From assembly GCA_046331685.1 (NCBI GenBank), contig JAXLQI010000007.1, positions 1,862 through 65,861 of the forward strand: 64,000 nucleotides of DNA. Direction: 5' to 3'. The notes below the pieces were generated by a model, which was not told the origin of the DNA, did not search any database, and saw only the letters and a program-made list of their open reading frames with translations. The position numbers and the translations under genes are program-made. Position 1 is the first letter of the stretch; every line of letters begins with the position of its first letter. This document shows positions 38,159-47,436 of the stretch, one piece after another. Source of the stretch: Candidatus Micrarchaeia archaeon (GTDB lineage Archaea; Micrarchaeota; Micrarchaeia; Anstonellales; Bilamarchaeaceae).

Positions 38159-38941
38159 TCAGAACAGGGCGTCCTTGATCTCTTCCTGCGTTGTCGGGAA
38201 GAAGAATTCCCATTCGAAGCATTTGAGCATCTCAAGGTCGGCGAGGTCGCGGACATCGCAGCCTAAGGAGCTGGAGAGTATCGTCTTGAGCTCCTTGGCT
38301 TGCCTGCTCACCCGGCTCAGCGCTTCGTCGCGCGTCAGGCCGAAGGCGGTCGTGGTCGCGAACGCGATCACTTCCACCGGGCGCTCACCCTGGGTGATGC
38401 GGTCGAGGAGGCGGTTCCAGTAGGCGAGCTCACGGTCCATCCTCATGCTCTCATCGACCGCGATCTTGGACTCTTTGGCCTTCTTCGCCTCCACCGCCCC
38501 TCTCCTGGTCTTGATCTCGTCGATGTGCTTGGAGAGGTCTAGGGTGCTTATCATCAGCGTCACCTTGACGATATATTTGAGGGAGCTGATGGCTTTCTCG
38601 AAAGACTCGAACATCGTCTTCTTCTCGTCCTGGTTCTTGTCCATCGAGCTCTCGTAGAACCTGACCTCTAGGAACTTCGAGGCGAAATAACCCGCCTCGT
38701 TCTTCTTTATTATATAATCGCGGGAAGGCGGGACCTCATAGCCGCCCTGGACTTCCACGATGTTGGTGGCCTTCGTGATCACAGGGATTATGAGATAGCC
38801 GTATTTCCAGAGCGCTATCGAGAGGAGGAAGAAAACGGACGCGATGATCGGGAATATCGGGTTCCCGTAGACCAGTGATATGACGATGCAGACCACCCCT
38901 CCTATGAGGGATCCTGCGGTCACGGCACGATTGATGAACAT
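38159..38941 (-). CDS. Two-TM protein with cytoplasmic domain, PrgI/VirB3-TraE-like
   Basis: Two N-terminal TM helices, then an alpha/beta domain with a coiled coil; context upstream of the VirB4-like ATPase. Confidence 0.65.
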   Translation of the reverse strand: MFINRAVTAGSLIGGVVCIVISLVYGNPIFPIIASVFFLLSIALWKYGYLIIPVITKATNIVEVQGGYEVPPSRDYIIKKNEAGYFASKFLEVRFYESSMDKNQDEKKTMFESFEKAISSLKYIVKVTLMISTLDLSKHIDEIKTRRGAVEAKKAKESKIAVDESMRMDRELAYWNRLLDRITQGERPVEVIAFATTTAFGLTRDEALSRVSRQAKELKTILSSSLGCDVRDLADLEMLKCFEWEFFFPTTQEEIKDALF

Positions 38942-38975
38942 ATACCATAAATCGGTTATGGGATTTAAAAAACCG

Positions 38976-39188
38976 CTACCAGCCCATCCAGGTCTTCCCA
39001 AGCCTCCAGGTGAGATAAAGAGACAGTGCGGTCCAGAGGATCACAAGAGGGATGAAAAGACCCGGTACATATCCTGAAACGAGGCCGGCCGCGAGATAGC
39101 CGGCCGCGACGATTATGAGGAGAAGCACGATCTGCGCCTCCTGGTCCACAGAGACGCCTAAAACCGTGCGGATTTTTTCCAGGGGCAT
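38976..39188 (-). CDS. Small two-TM membrane protein (70 aa)
   Basis: MPLEKIRTVLG...IVLLLIIVAAGYLAAGLV...LFIPLVILWTALSLYLTW; starts 4 bp after the upstream stop. Confidence 0.65.
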   Translation of the reverse strand: MPLEKIRTVLGVSVDQEAQIVLLLIIVAAGYLAAGLVSGYVPGLFIPLVILWTALSLYLTWRLGKTWMGW

Positions 39189-39192
39189 GCGA

Positions 39193-40284
39193 TCATATGC
39201 TCGCGATGGTCCGGAGCCCGATCTCGCTGCCGAGTATGTTCGCGAGCTCCTTGACGAAGACGATCGTGATGATGAGGGAGAAGATCGGGGCGATGACCGC
39301 GTAGAGCAGCGATTTCGAGAGGGTGCTGCTGTTGCTCTGGGCAATCCGTGTTATGTCGCTGCTGAAATCGATCGTGACATTGTTGTAGACGCTCTGGGTG
39401 CCGTTCGTGCTGTTGTTCAGGGTGAGGTTGTACTGGCCCTGGAGGAAATCGTCGCAGAGCGTCGTCGTGTTGGAGACGTTGGTCTCGTTGGTGATGTTGA
39501 ACCTCGAGGGATCGCACCTTCCGGAGAGGATGTCGAGCTTCCCGGCGATCGCATAATCTCCGTTGAGGTCCACGATCGGCAGGGTGGCATAATAGCTGTT
39601 GTTCGTGAAATTCACCACCGCCGCAGTCGAGTTGTTGAGATCGTTCTCCGGGTTGGGGAAGACGAGGACGAAGGTCGGATAGAACACGAAGAGGCCGATC
39701 GAGAGGGCTATGAGGAAGCCTCCGACCTTCCTCGTGGCGAAGAAAGTCCTGAGGACGAGCCCGACCGGGAATAGCAGGCCGAGGGCGTTCTGCCCTATGA
39801 ACGTGGCGATCTGGCTGTTGAGGCCGACGAGGATCATGATCCAGTTTATCGAAAGGAGCTGGAGGGAGAGGGTGTTCGACACCGAATCGAGGTTATGGAA
39901 CGGCGAGATCGAGAACGACCCGAAATCGAGCGAGAGGGTCTGGTAGTACGCGAGGATGTTTATCATGTTCACGAGTTCCTGGAACAGGCGGAAGAGGGAG
40001 ACGTTAAGCCGGTCGAGGGTGCAGCTGAGCTGGAAGATGACGTTCCCGGTGGAGCAAGAATCGTTCACGACGTTAGAGCTTACGACCCCCACCAGCTCTA
40101 TGATCGCCGCGAAGGATCCGATGATAGCTGCGTTGATCATGGACTGGATGAGCTCCTCGATGCCGAAGACCTCGATCCTCTTGTATCCGGTCGCGCGGCC
40201 GATGCCGACCAGTATGCCGGCGAGGACAATGGACGCGGTGACGACTATCACGGCTATCTCGACACCGACAAATGACTCAGCCAT
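39193..40284 (-). CDS. Polytopic membrane protein, VirB6/CedA-like
   Basis: About 5-6 TM helices; LFPVGLVLRTFFATRKVGGFLIALSIG motif; Asn-rich loop with many N-x-S/T sequons; cluster context. Confidence 0.7.
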   Translation of the reverse strand: MAESFVGVEIAVIVVTASIVLAGILVGIGRATGYKRIEVFGIEELIQSMINAAIIGSFAAIIELVGVVSSNVVNDSCSTGNVIFQLSCTLDRLNVSLFRLFQELVNMINILAYYQTLSLDFGSFSISPFHNLDSVSNTLSLQLLSINWIMILVGLNSQIATFIGQNALGLLFPVGLVLRTFFATRKVGGFLIALSIGLFVFYPTFVLVFPNPENDLNNSTAAVVNFTNNSYYATLPIVDLNGDYAIAGKLDILSGRCDPSRFNITNETNVSNTTTLCDDFLQGQYNLTLNNSTNGTQSVYNNVTIDFSSDITRIAQSNSSTLSKSLLYAVIAPIFSLIITIVFVKELANILGSEIGLRTIASI

Positions 40285-40324
40285 CGGGAAAGATACTTGG
40301 CCTGATATTAAATAGATTGCGGGG

Positions 40325-40873
40325 TCATGGTGCCGGAGGGATCGCGGGGCTGGAGCCCGGCGGGAGGGTCACGAATATGTAGAGGAGGATGAGGGCGAGG
40401 AGGATCCCCGGGAGGACGACCAGGGCGAGGGCGGAGCGCCAGAGAGGGATCCTGTGGACCCGTGCCGAACCGATGACGACATTCGAGAGCGAGATGAAGA
40501 CCGCGGCGATCCCCAGGAACGGGATCCCTCCGAAGACCAGAGAGACGGTGTTGCCGTAGATGAAGACCGAGACCGATTCGGAGAGCCGCGCATGGCCGCC
40601 GACCAGCTTGAGCAGGAGGTGCTGGACTGCGAAGATCAGATAGGACAGCATGAGCGATATGACGAGCGATGACGGGACCGAGAGCATGGCCTGGATCAAT
40701 GTCCCGCCGAGTGCCCCCACGGCGAGATCGATGGGGACCGAAAGCAAAAGGCAGAGGACAAGATGCGCCGCCGAATCGTTGAATCCGTCCCCTCCTGCGA
40801 GGGAATCGAACCGCTCGGCCGGGACGAAGAGGATGTTCTCCCGTATCCTGTCGAATCTGCCACGCAGGTCCAT
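40325..40873 (-). CDS. Yip1-family membrane protein
   Basis: ILF.P...F N-terminus, HLLLKLVGG, about five TM helices. Confidence 0.75.
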   Translation of the reverse strand: MDLRGRFDRIRENILFVPAERFDSLAGGDGFNDSAAHLVLCLLLSVPIDLAVGALGGTLIQAMLSVPSSLVISLMLSYLIFAVQHLLLKLVGGHARLSESVSVFIYGNTVSLVFGGIPFLGIAAVFISLSNVVIGSARVHRIPLWRSALALVVLPGILLALILLYIFVTLPPGSSPAIPPAP

Positions 40874-41979
40874 CAGCCAAATGTGAATGTGTAAATCCTA
40901 AAACCTTTGCCATGGACCTCGATGGTCAATGTCTGGGGGGAGTAATCGGCCTTGTCTATGAGGCTGTAGAGCCTCAGGTCGCCTGTATGCGCGAGCGCGG
41001 AGCCATCCGAGATCCCAGCATCCGGCCCGAGCTGGGAGGGTTGCGGGACCGACCCGTCCAGCTTCAGCCCCAGCGTGGAGTCCCCTCCGCAGACAATGTT
41101 GAGGTTCTTCGCCTGGAAATTCAGCACTATCTTCCCTGAGTCGGAAACGAGCTCCATGTTGTCCTCGTTGTTCTTCCACGATCCTTCCAGATACACAAGA
41201 TTGGGCTCGACCGAGGGGGGGAGGGCGTAGCTGACGACCTGCCCCGCGCTGAATCCCTCCGGATTGCCGAGGGGGGCGCGGGCGAAACCGCTGCCGAGGT
41301 AGATCTCAGGAGTCCCGAGCCTCGTGAAATCCACTCTCGGGGAACTGACATTGCCTGAGACCAGGGACCCCATCCCGGTCTTGTTGTCGCGCTCTGAAAG
41401 AAGCTTCCGTATCTCCTGCTCGGTCTCCTCATACCCGCCTTCGCCGATGTGGTCGTAACGTATGAAGCCGTCGGAATCGATGAGATATTTGTGAGGCCAG
41501 TAGCGGTTGCCGTAAGCGGTCCATGTGGCATAATCGTTGTCCTGGACCACAGGATACCTGATGCCGAACTTCCGGACGGCCTTCTGCACGTTATCGCGGT
41601 CTTTCTCGAACTCGAACTCCGGGGTCTCGACACCGATGATGACAAGCCCCTTGTCACGGTACATCTCATCCCAGGCCGTGAGATATGGCAGGGTCCTTAT
41701 GCAGTTGATGCACGAGTATGTCCAGAAGTCCACGAGGATGACTTTGCCTTTGGCGTCCGACAGCCTGAACCCGTCCGGAGCATTTATGTATCCGGATATC
41801 CCGCTCAGCTCCGGCGCTTTCTGGAGGATCGCGGCCTTCTTGGCGAGGTCCCCCGAATCGTTGCCTTTTGCGAAGTCCGACCTAACCTGCGCCTTGGCCG
41901 ACATGACGAAGAGGATCGCGACCGTTATCAGCGCTACCGCGATCCCGAATGCGAGCGGGCTGTTCCTTTTCAGTTCCAT
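40873..41979 (-). CDS. Membrane-anchored thioredoxin-like protein with DipZ-type C-terminal domain
   Basis: DFWTYSCINCIRTLPY, TPEFEFEK, NRYWP, HIGEGGYEETE, TPEIYLG, YTFTFG. Confidence 0.9.
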   Translation of the reverse strand: MELKRNSPLAFGIAVALITVAILFVMSAKAQVRSDFAKGNDSGDLAKKAAILQKAPELSGISGYINAPDGFRLSDAKGKVILVDFWTYSCINCIRTLPYLTAWDEMYRDKGLVIIGVETPEFEFEKDRDNVQKAVRKFGIRYPVVQDNDYATWTAYGNRYWPHKYLIDSDGFIRYDHIGEGGYEETEQEIRKLLSERDNKTGMGSLVSGNVSSPRVDFTRLGTPEIYLGSGFARAPLGNPEGFSAGQVVSYALPPSVEPNLVYLEGSWKNNEDNMELVSDSGKIVLNFQAKNLNIVCGGDSTLGLKLDGSVPQPSQLGPDAGISDGSALAHTGDLRLYSLIDKADYSPQTLTIEVHGKGFRIYTFTFG

Positions 41980-41983
41980 TGCA

Positions 41984-42694
41984 TCACTTCAGCAGAAGGT
42001 CGTTGACCGGGGCGAAATTCGCCACGAGGGGCAGGGTCCCTGTGAAGACAAGTATCCCCAGGATCACGAGAATGATGCCGAATGCAGTATCAAGCCATCC
42101 GATATACGGGCCGAGCGCCTTAATTGCTTTCCCTGCCCGCGAGACGAAAAGGCCCACTAGCAGGAACGGCACCCCGAGCCCGAGCGAATAGCTGAGCATC
42201 AGCGGGAATGCGACGGCCGGATTTGTGACCGCGAGCGTGAGGATCCCTCCGAGCACCACGCCAACGCAGGGCGTCCAGCCCACTGCGAACGCGGCGCCGA
42301 AGAGGAATGATGCGAGGTAAGATGGGCTGCCGGCCTTCATGTTCAGCCCCCTTCCGGCTTCGAGGGATTCTATGCGGATGATCCCGATCATCATCAGGCC
42401 GAAGAAGATGATTATCACGCCTCCGACATAGCCGAGGAACGCCTGCAAATCGTAGGCTATCCCGGAAAGCACGCTCTGGAGCAGCACACCCACAACAGAG
42501 AAGATCAGCGAGAAGCCGAGCACGAACGAGACGCTGCTTAGGAATATCTTCGTGCGGAGCTCCGGTGAGTATTTCTCCTGCACGCTCGTGCCGGCCAGGA
42601 AGGTCAGGTATGCCGGTATGAGCGGAAGGACGCACGGGCTGAGGAACGACACGAGACCGGCGAAGAAAGCGAGGAAGATGGAGAGGTCTGCCAA
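41984..42694 (-). CDS. ccdA: CcdA/DsbD transmembrane electron-transfer protein
   Basis: AGLVSFLSPCVLPLIP and GWTPCVG; TTG start with GGAGG SD. Confidence 0.92.
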   Translation of the reverse strand: MADLSIFLAFFAGLVSFLSPCVLPLIPAYLTFLAGTSVQEKYSPELRTKIFLSSVSFVLGFSLIFSVVGVLLQSVLSGIAYDLQAFLGYVGGVIIIFFGLMMIGIIRIESLEAGRGLNMKAGSPSYLASFLFGAAFAVGWTPCVGVVLGGILTLAVTNPAVAFPLMLSYSLGLGVPFLLVGLFVSRAGKAIKALGPYIGWLDTAFGIILVILGILVFTGTLPLVANFAPVNDLLLK

Positions 42695-42758
42695 TTCAAG
42701 CCGCCTCCCGGGCGATGAAACTCCTTAAGACCATCAAGTGGATATCACCGGGCTGATT

Positions 42759-43409
42759 TTAAACCCTGAGACTCCGCACCAGCTTTTTGCCGATGGCGAC
42801 GAAAGTCGTGGTGCCGCGGACGAGAAGCGTCGCCTTCTTCTTCGTGAACCTTGCCCCCCTGAGGGCCTTAAGCAAGCCCTTCGGGCTGTCAAGATCGAAG
42901 TCGGGGACCTCGTTGTAATTATGCCCGAACTCGATGAGGAAGTGGCTGTCGCTCCCGACCGCCTGCATGATCCCCTTCTCCTTCGCGAAGGCCGATGCTT
43001 TGGCGTTGAACGAATCCAGCGGGCAGCGGGCGTTGAACACTTCTATCATGTCGAGCCTTTTCGCCTCTTCTTCCGAAGGGATCACGCCCTTGCGGGATCG
43101 GTCATACATGTGGGGGAGATACGCAAGACCGCCCTGCGCGTGGATCAAGTCCATCGCCTCTGCGAAAGGCGTCTTGCGCGGGATGGCTTCGGAGAGATAG
43201 AGGCCTATGAGGTCGCCCCGGTCGGTGCGTATCTCCTCCCCGGGGATGAACGGCAGGCCGAGCCTCCGGAATTCCTGATGTGAATCGATGTTGTTGTGCT
43301 CGGTGATAGCCGGGATTATGCCGCTCTCCCTCGATTTTTTCACTAGATCCTTCGGCTGGATTATCGAATCTATGGAATATTTGGTGTGGACGTGGAGATC
43401 GAGCTTCAT
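42759..43409 (-). CDS. PHP-domain phosphoesterase
   Basis: DLHVHT.YS.DS, ITEHN, PGEEI, GSDSH. Confidence 0.9.
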   Translation of the reverse strand: MKLDLHVHTKYSIDSIIQPKDLVKKSRESGIIPAITEHNNIDSHQEFRRLGLPFIPGEEIRTDRGDLIGLYLSEAIPRKTPFAEAMDLIHAQGGLAYLPHMYDRSRKGVIPSEEEAKRLDMIEVFNARCPLDSFNAKASAFAKEKGIMQAVGSDSHFLIEFGHNYNEVPDFDLDSPKGLLKALRGARFTKKKATLLVRGTTTFVAIGKKLVRSLRV

Positions 43410-43696
43410 GAGATCGCGCCTCCTTTTTCAAGTGCCTGAAGCAGCTCACGCGCAAGGGCCTCGATCCTGCTGCTCTCCGGCTTTTTCGCTCCCTTGACCA
43501 TCATCCGCCCGCTGCTATAGACGCTTATCGTGTATTTTTTTATCTTGACGAGCAGGACAACCGGGCTGCTCGCTACCAATTCCCCCATCGCGGAAAGGAC
43601 CGTCTCCGCCTTCTTCAGGTCGAGCTTCCGCTCCCTGAGCTTTATCTCGATCCCGTTCGAGCTTGCGCATGGCTCTATGACGAAATATTCGGTCAT
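43406..43696 (-). CDS. Small protein resembling the C-terminal domain of long MoeB/ThiF proteins
   Basis: PC.S.GIEI...LDL...G.L...P..LL...YTISVY..GRMMVKG; ATGA-coupled to the ThiF gene. Confidence 0.6.
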   Translation of the reverse strand: MTEYFVIEPCASSNGIEIKLRERKLDLKKAETVLSAMGELVASSPVVLLVKIKKYTISVYSSGRMMVKGAKKPESSRIEALARELLQALEKGGAIS

Positions 43697-44376
43697 CCCA
43701 GCTCCGCCCTCCAGAACACATCCTCACGGAAAAGATCGAAGAAAAGCGCGTCGGGAGCCTTCACGTAGGGCTTCCTCAGCATATAATTAGCGGCCTGCGA
43801 AGCCGCGAGAGAGCCTGAGAGCGAGGCGGCTGGGCACAGCACGGAGGAACATGAGCCGTAGCGTTCCAGCGAATCCTCATCGGGCGGGAGCTGGAAGGCT
43901 TTCTCGAACCGGTAGGAGGTGAACACGCTGACGATCCCCCTGGTCCCCTGGGCCGATGAGAAAACGTATGGGATCTTTTTTTTCCGCGCACTCCGGGCCA
44001 TGGCCAGCTTCGTCCGCAGATTGTCGGATCCGTCTATCAGGACCGCGGCCGAGCCGGTGTCAGAGCCTTCATCGAACGCCCCGCGCGGCTCTATCCGTAT
44101 ATCCTGGTTCACCGATTGAGCGCGGGAGAGGGCCGCATGGACCTTGGGCATGTCTATGAATTCCTCAGTGGCAAGGGTCTGGCGGTTGAAGTTGGAAAGG
44201 TCGAAACGGTCGTTGTCGAATAGGATGAAATTCTCGGCTCCCATGCGGAGGAGGTTCTCGAAGACATAGCCTCCGGTCCCTCCTAGCCCGACTATGGCGA
44301 AGACGGAGCGGCGCAGACGGTCCTGCTGCCTCCTCGTGAGCGGGTTCCTCCCGAACTTCTCATCATAAATGCTCAT
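43693..44376 (-). CDS. ThiF/MoeB/HesA family E1-like adenylyltransferase
   Basis: IVGLGGTGG, DNDRFDLSNFNRQ, K, IDGSDN. Confidence 0.9.
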   Translation of the reverse strand: MSIYDEKFGRNPLTRRQQDRLRRSVFAIVGLGGTGGYVFENLLRMGAENFILFDNDRFDLSNFNRQTLATEEFIDMPKVHAALSRAQSVNQDIRIEPRGAFDEGSDTGSAAVLIDGSDNLRTKLAMARSARKKKIPYVFSSAQGTRGIVSVFTSYRFEKAFQLPPDEDSLERYGSCSSVLCPAASLSGSLAASQAANYMLRKPYVKAPDALFFDLFREDVFWRAELG

Positions 44377-44804
44377 ACCCGACCGAACCCGTGGCTCTTG
44401 GCATCGCGGTTCTCATCCGGCTTGCTCTGCATCTTCTCCTTGATCTTGTTGATCTCCTCTTTCTTCATCCCTCCGGTCTGGAGCATCGTGAGGTTGCGGA
44501 GTATCTCGAGCCTGCGCTGGACGTGCGGATCGATCGTGCGTTCCCGGATGAGGCCGACGTGGGTGATCACATAGAGCCCTGTGGAGACCCCGCTGAAGAT
44601 CAGGAGGATCGCACCGAGCTTGCCAAGGGAGGTCTTGGGAGTGAAATCCCCGTATCCCACCGTGGCGATGGTCACGGTCGTATAGTACGCCGCATCCAGG
44701 AACGACCACCCTTCCACGAAGTGGAAGAATATGATCGAAAAGACGTAAATCACCGCCAGTATGACTAGCGGGATCATCAGCGACCGGTCTGTCGATGTCG
44801 GCAT
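44373..44804 (-). CDS. Pore-only potassium channel (KcsA-like)
   Basis: EGWSFLDAAYY, TIATVGYGD selectivity filter, two TM helices. Confidence 0.92.
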   Translation of the reverse strand: MPTSTDRSLMIPLVILAVIYVFSIIFFHFVEGWSFLDAAYYTTVTIATVGYGDFTPKTSLGKLGAILLIFSGVSTGLYVITHVGLIRERTIDPHVQRRLEILRNLTMLQTGGMKKEEINKIKEKMQSKPDENRDAKSHGFGRV

Positions 44805-44856
44805 GATTACCGATTACTCCTGCACATATTAAAATATTCTATGGTATTTCGAGCCC

Positions 44857-46101
44857 ATGGAATCCGTCGAGTGCCTCGGCGCTTCGCGTGAAGTCGGGCG
44901 CAGCGCCTTCATCCTCAACACTGACAAGAGGATAATCCTCGATTACGGCATCAAGATATTCGACCTGGAAGGCAAGCCGAAGTTCCCGCTCCAGACGACT
45001 GTGCGCCCGGATCTCGCGATACTCTCGCACGCGCACCTCGACCACAGCGGATGCATCCCGGCTCTCTACACAGAGAACCATATCAGGTGGTACTCGACGC
45101 CCCCCACCAAGGACATCTGCGAGATCCTCTGGGCGGACTCGATGAAGATCATGGGCGACGGCCTGCCGTACCGGGTCCCCCACCTCAAGAAAGCCCTCAA
45201 GTCGTGGGACCCCCTGCTCTACCGGAAGCCGATCCGGACCGGGGAGACGAAGATAGAGCTCTTCGACGCCGGCCATATCGCCGGCTCGTCCATGGTCGAG
45301 ATCGAGCATGAGGGGAAGACGTTCTTCTACACCGGGGATTTCAAGTGCGAGGAGACGTGCATGCACCAGGCCGCGAAATACATCGACGGGGCCGATTACC
45401 TCATGATCGAGAGCACGTACGCCAAAAGGGAGCACCCCCCCCGCAGGGAGATCGAGGACAAGCTGATGGAGCACATCTACAGCACCCTCGATGACGGCGG
45501 GAACGTATTGATGCCGTCCTTCGCCCTTGGCAGGACGCAGGAGCTGATATCCCTCATCCGCCAGCACGACCATGAGATCCCGGTCTATGTCGACGGGATG
45601 GGAAGGGACATCACCAAGATCTACCTCAAGTACCCGCAGTACATCAAAGACCCCGGCGCATTCAAGAAGGCGGTCAGGAGCGTGACCATGGTCGAAGGCA
45701 TGCCGGAAAAGAGGGCTGCCACAAGGGAGCCTTCGGTGATAATATCCAGCGCCGGGATGATGAACGGCGGCCCTGTCCTGAACTACCTCTTCAACGTGAA
45801 CAGCGAGTCGAAGGTCATATTCACCGGGTACTGCGTCGAGGGGACGAACGGCTGGATGCTCCAGAACAAAGGGGCGATAATGAAAGACGAGCAGGAGCTC
45901 CAGATAGACCTTCCTGTCGAATACCTCGACTTCTCCGCCCACGCAGGACGCTCAGAGATACTCGAGTTCATAAAAAGGGCCAACCCGCAGAAAGTCCTGC
46001 TGGTGCATGGCGACAAACCCGAGGAGTTCGCCCGGGAGCTCAAGGAAGAGCACGGGTTCGACGCGCTCGCTCCGCTCCCCGGCGAGAAGGTCATGCTCTA
46101 G
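44857..46101 (+). CDS. Beta-CASP metallo-beta-lactamase ribonuclease (aCPSF2-like)
   Basis: LGASREVGRS, SHAHLDHSG, AGHIAGS, YTGD, ESTY, FSAHAG, VHGD. Confidence 0.92.
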   Translation: MESVECLGASREVGRSAFILNTDKRIILDYGIKIFDLEGKPKFPLQTTVRPDLAILSHAHLDHSGCIPALYTENHIRWYSTPPTKDICEILWADSMKIMGDGLPYRVPHLKKALKSWDPLLYRKPIRTGETKIELFDAGHIAGSSMVEIEHEGKTFFYTGDFKCEETCMHQAAKYIDGADYLMIESTYAKREHPPRREIEDKLMEHIYSTLDDGGNVLMPSFALGRTQELISLIRQHDHEIPVYVDGMGRDITKIYLKYPQYIKDPGAFKKAVRSVTMVEGMPEKRAATREPSVIISSAGMMNGGPVLNYLFNVNSESKVIFTGYCVEGTNGWMLQNKGAIMKDEQELQIDLPVEYLDFSAHAGRSEILEFIKRANPQKVLLVHGDKPEEFARELKEEHGFDALAPLPGEKVML

Positions 46102-47386
46102 GTTTTTTCCCCGGCCGCCCGATATGCTCGAGTATCAGCATCTCCTCATGGTAGGATAGATGGGATCTCGACTTCGCGTATTCCCGGAAAAACCTCATTA
46201 TCGCGTCCGAGGCATCCGTGACCGGACGCCTGAGCGTGGCATGGATCTTCTTGTCTTTCGAGGTGAACCTGGAGCCGGGATGGCTTGCCCGGAAAAGCGC
46301 GACATGCTTCTTCATGGAAAGAGGCGGGCCTGCGACCTGCACTGTCGGAGGCAGGGTCCCTTTGCTGAGGATGACCGCGAGCCGGACCAGGTGCCTGCTG
46401 TCGTCAGGGAGTATCTTCCTCGGCCCGAAATCCTTCAAGGCAGAGCCGAGCTGGCCGACCAGCTTGTTGATCTGGCCCCAGAGGACATCGTCCACCACCT
46501 CCGGCCGCGGCATCGAGAGTAGATAGAGCTCGCCCTTTCCCCATTCCGCGGCCACCCTCTCCTCGAAAGTCGGCGGCGTCCGGAAGAAGAACTCCTCGGA
46601 CGGGGCCGAGAGGAATTCCCTGCTCAGGGCGATGAGGCGGGAAAGGTTCTCGCGCGAGAGGGCCGCCGCGACGTTCCTGTTCCGGTCGGTGGGATCCACC
46701 ATCACGAACATGCTGCCGAAACGGCTGAGAGCGTCAGCGACCTCTTTCTTGCCCTTGTAGTATCCTTTAATGTCGATGAAGACCGGCTCCTTCCATTTCG
46801 AGGCCGCTTTCACCAACTTCTGGAAAGATCCGTACCGGACTATGAGCAGCTCGCACAGATAACCGGAAAGCCCCTGGATCTTTATCTCGGCGCCATAGAG
46901 CGAATTCGCCCGGAGGAACTGCTTGAGGAGGAGGACGTCGCCTATCTGCCCGGGCTTGAGGGCCCCGATTATGAAATCAGTGTGCAGGACCGAGCGGTCG
47001 ACCGCGCTGATCCGCTCCGATGAGTCGGTTATACGGTATGCCGGCACCAGGTCTATCCTGCGCCCTTCGAAATGGAAACGGACGTAGGGGTGCTCGGCAT
47101 AGCTCAGCTGGTACTCGAGCAGGGGGAATGCGCTGTCCATTATCCGGCGCACCGCCCCCTCAAGGCCCTCCCTCGGGAACGAGCGGTCGAAGAGCACGAA
47201 TATGTCGATGTCCCTCTTGTCGCGGAGGAATGTCTTCTTCGCCATCGAGCCGGTCAGCACGACCTGGCAGCCAGGCGGGGCGTTGCCTGCGATATGGTCG
47301 ACCATTATCTTCGTGAATTCCAACTCCCCTGACATCTCTTCCGGACTCGGCCGGATAGCCGCCAGCACGCGGGAAAGGAATTTCAT
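46091..47386 (-). CDS. cca: Archaeal class I CCA-adding enzyme
   Basis: TGSMAKKTFL...DIDIF, YAEHPY, DLVP, SAVDRS..H, GLSGYLCELL, DPTD..RNVAAA. Confidence 0.95.
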   Translation of the reverse strand: MKFLSRVLAAIRPSPEEMSGELEFTKIMVDHIAGNAPPGCQVVLTGSMAKKTFLRDKRDIDIFVLFDRSFPREGLEGAVRRIMDSAFPLLEYQLSYAEHPYVRFHFEGRRIDLVPAYRITDSSERISAVDRSVLHTDFIIGALKPGQIGDVLLLKQFLRANSLYGAEIKIQGLSGYLCELLIVRYGSFQKLVKAASKWKEPVFIDIKGYYKGKKEVADALSRFGSMFVMVDPTDRNRNVAAALSRENLSRLIALSREFLSAPSEEFFFRTPPTFEERVAAEWGKGELYLLSMPRPEVVDDVLWGQINKLVGQLGSALKDFGPRKILPDDSRHLVRLAVILSKGTLPPTVQVAGPPLSMKKHVALFRASHPGSRFTSKDKKIHATLRRPVTDASDAIMRFFREYAKSRSHLSYHEEMLILEHIGRPGKKPRA

Positions 47387-47436
47387 GCATTAGGCTCCCC
47401 AGCAAGGTTTTAAAAGAACGCGATGGAATCTGGACT

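Noticed and set aside
38941..39001. Programmed frameshift fusing the 70-aa ORF to the 38159 gene
   Set aside because: The T-run lies after the upstream stop codon and is better explained as a TATA box about 25 bp before ATG 38941
40873..42694. Cytochrome c maturation system
   Set aside because: Only a split DipZ-like CcdA and thioredoxin pair is present; no heme lyase or CxxCH protein is seen in the window
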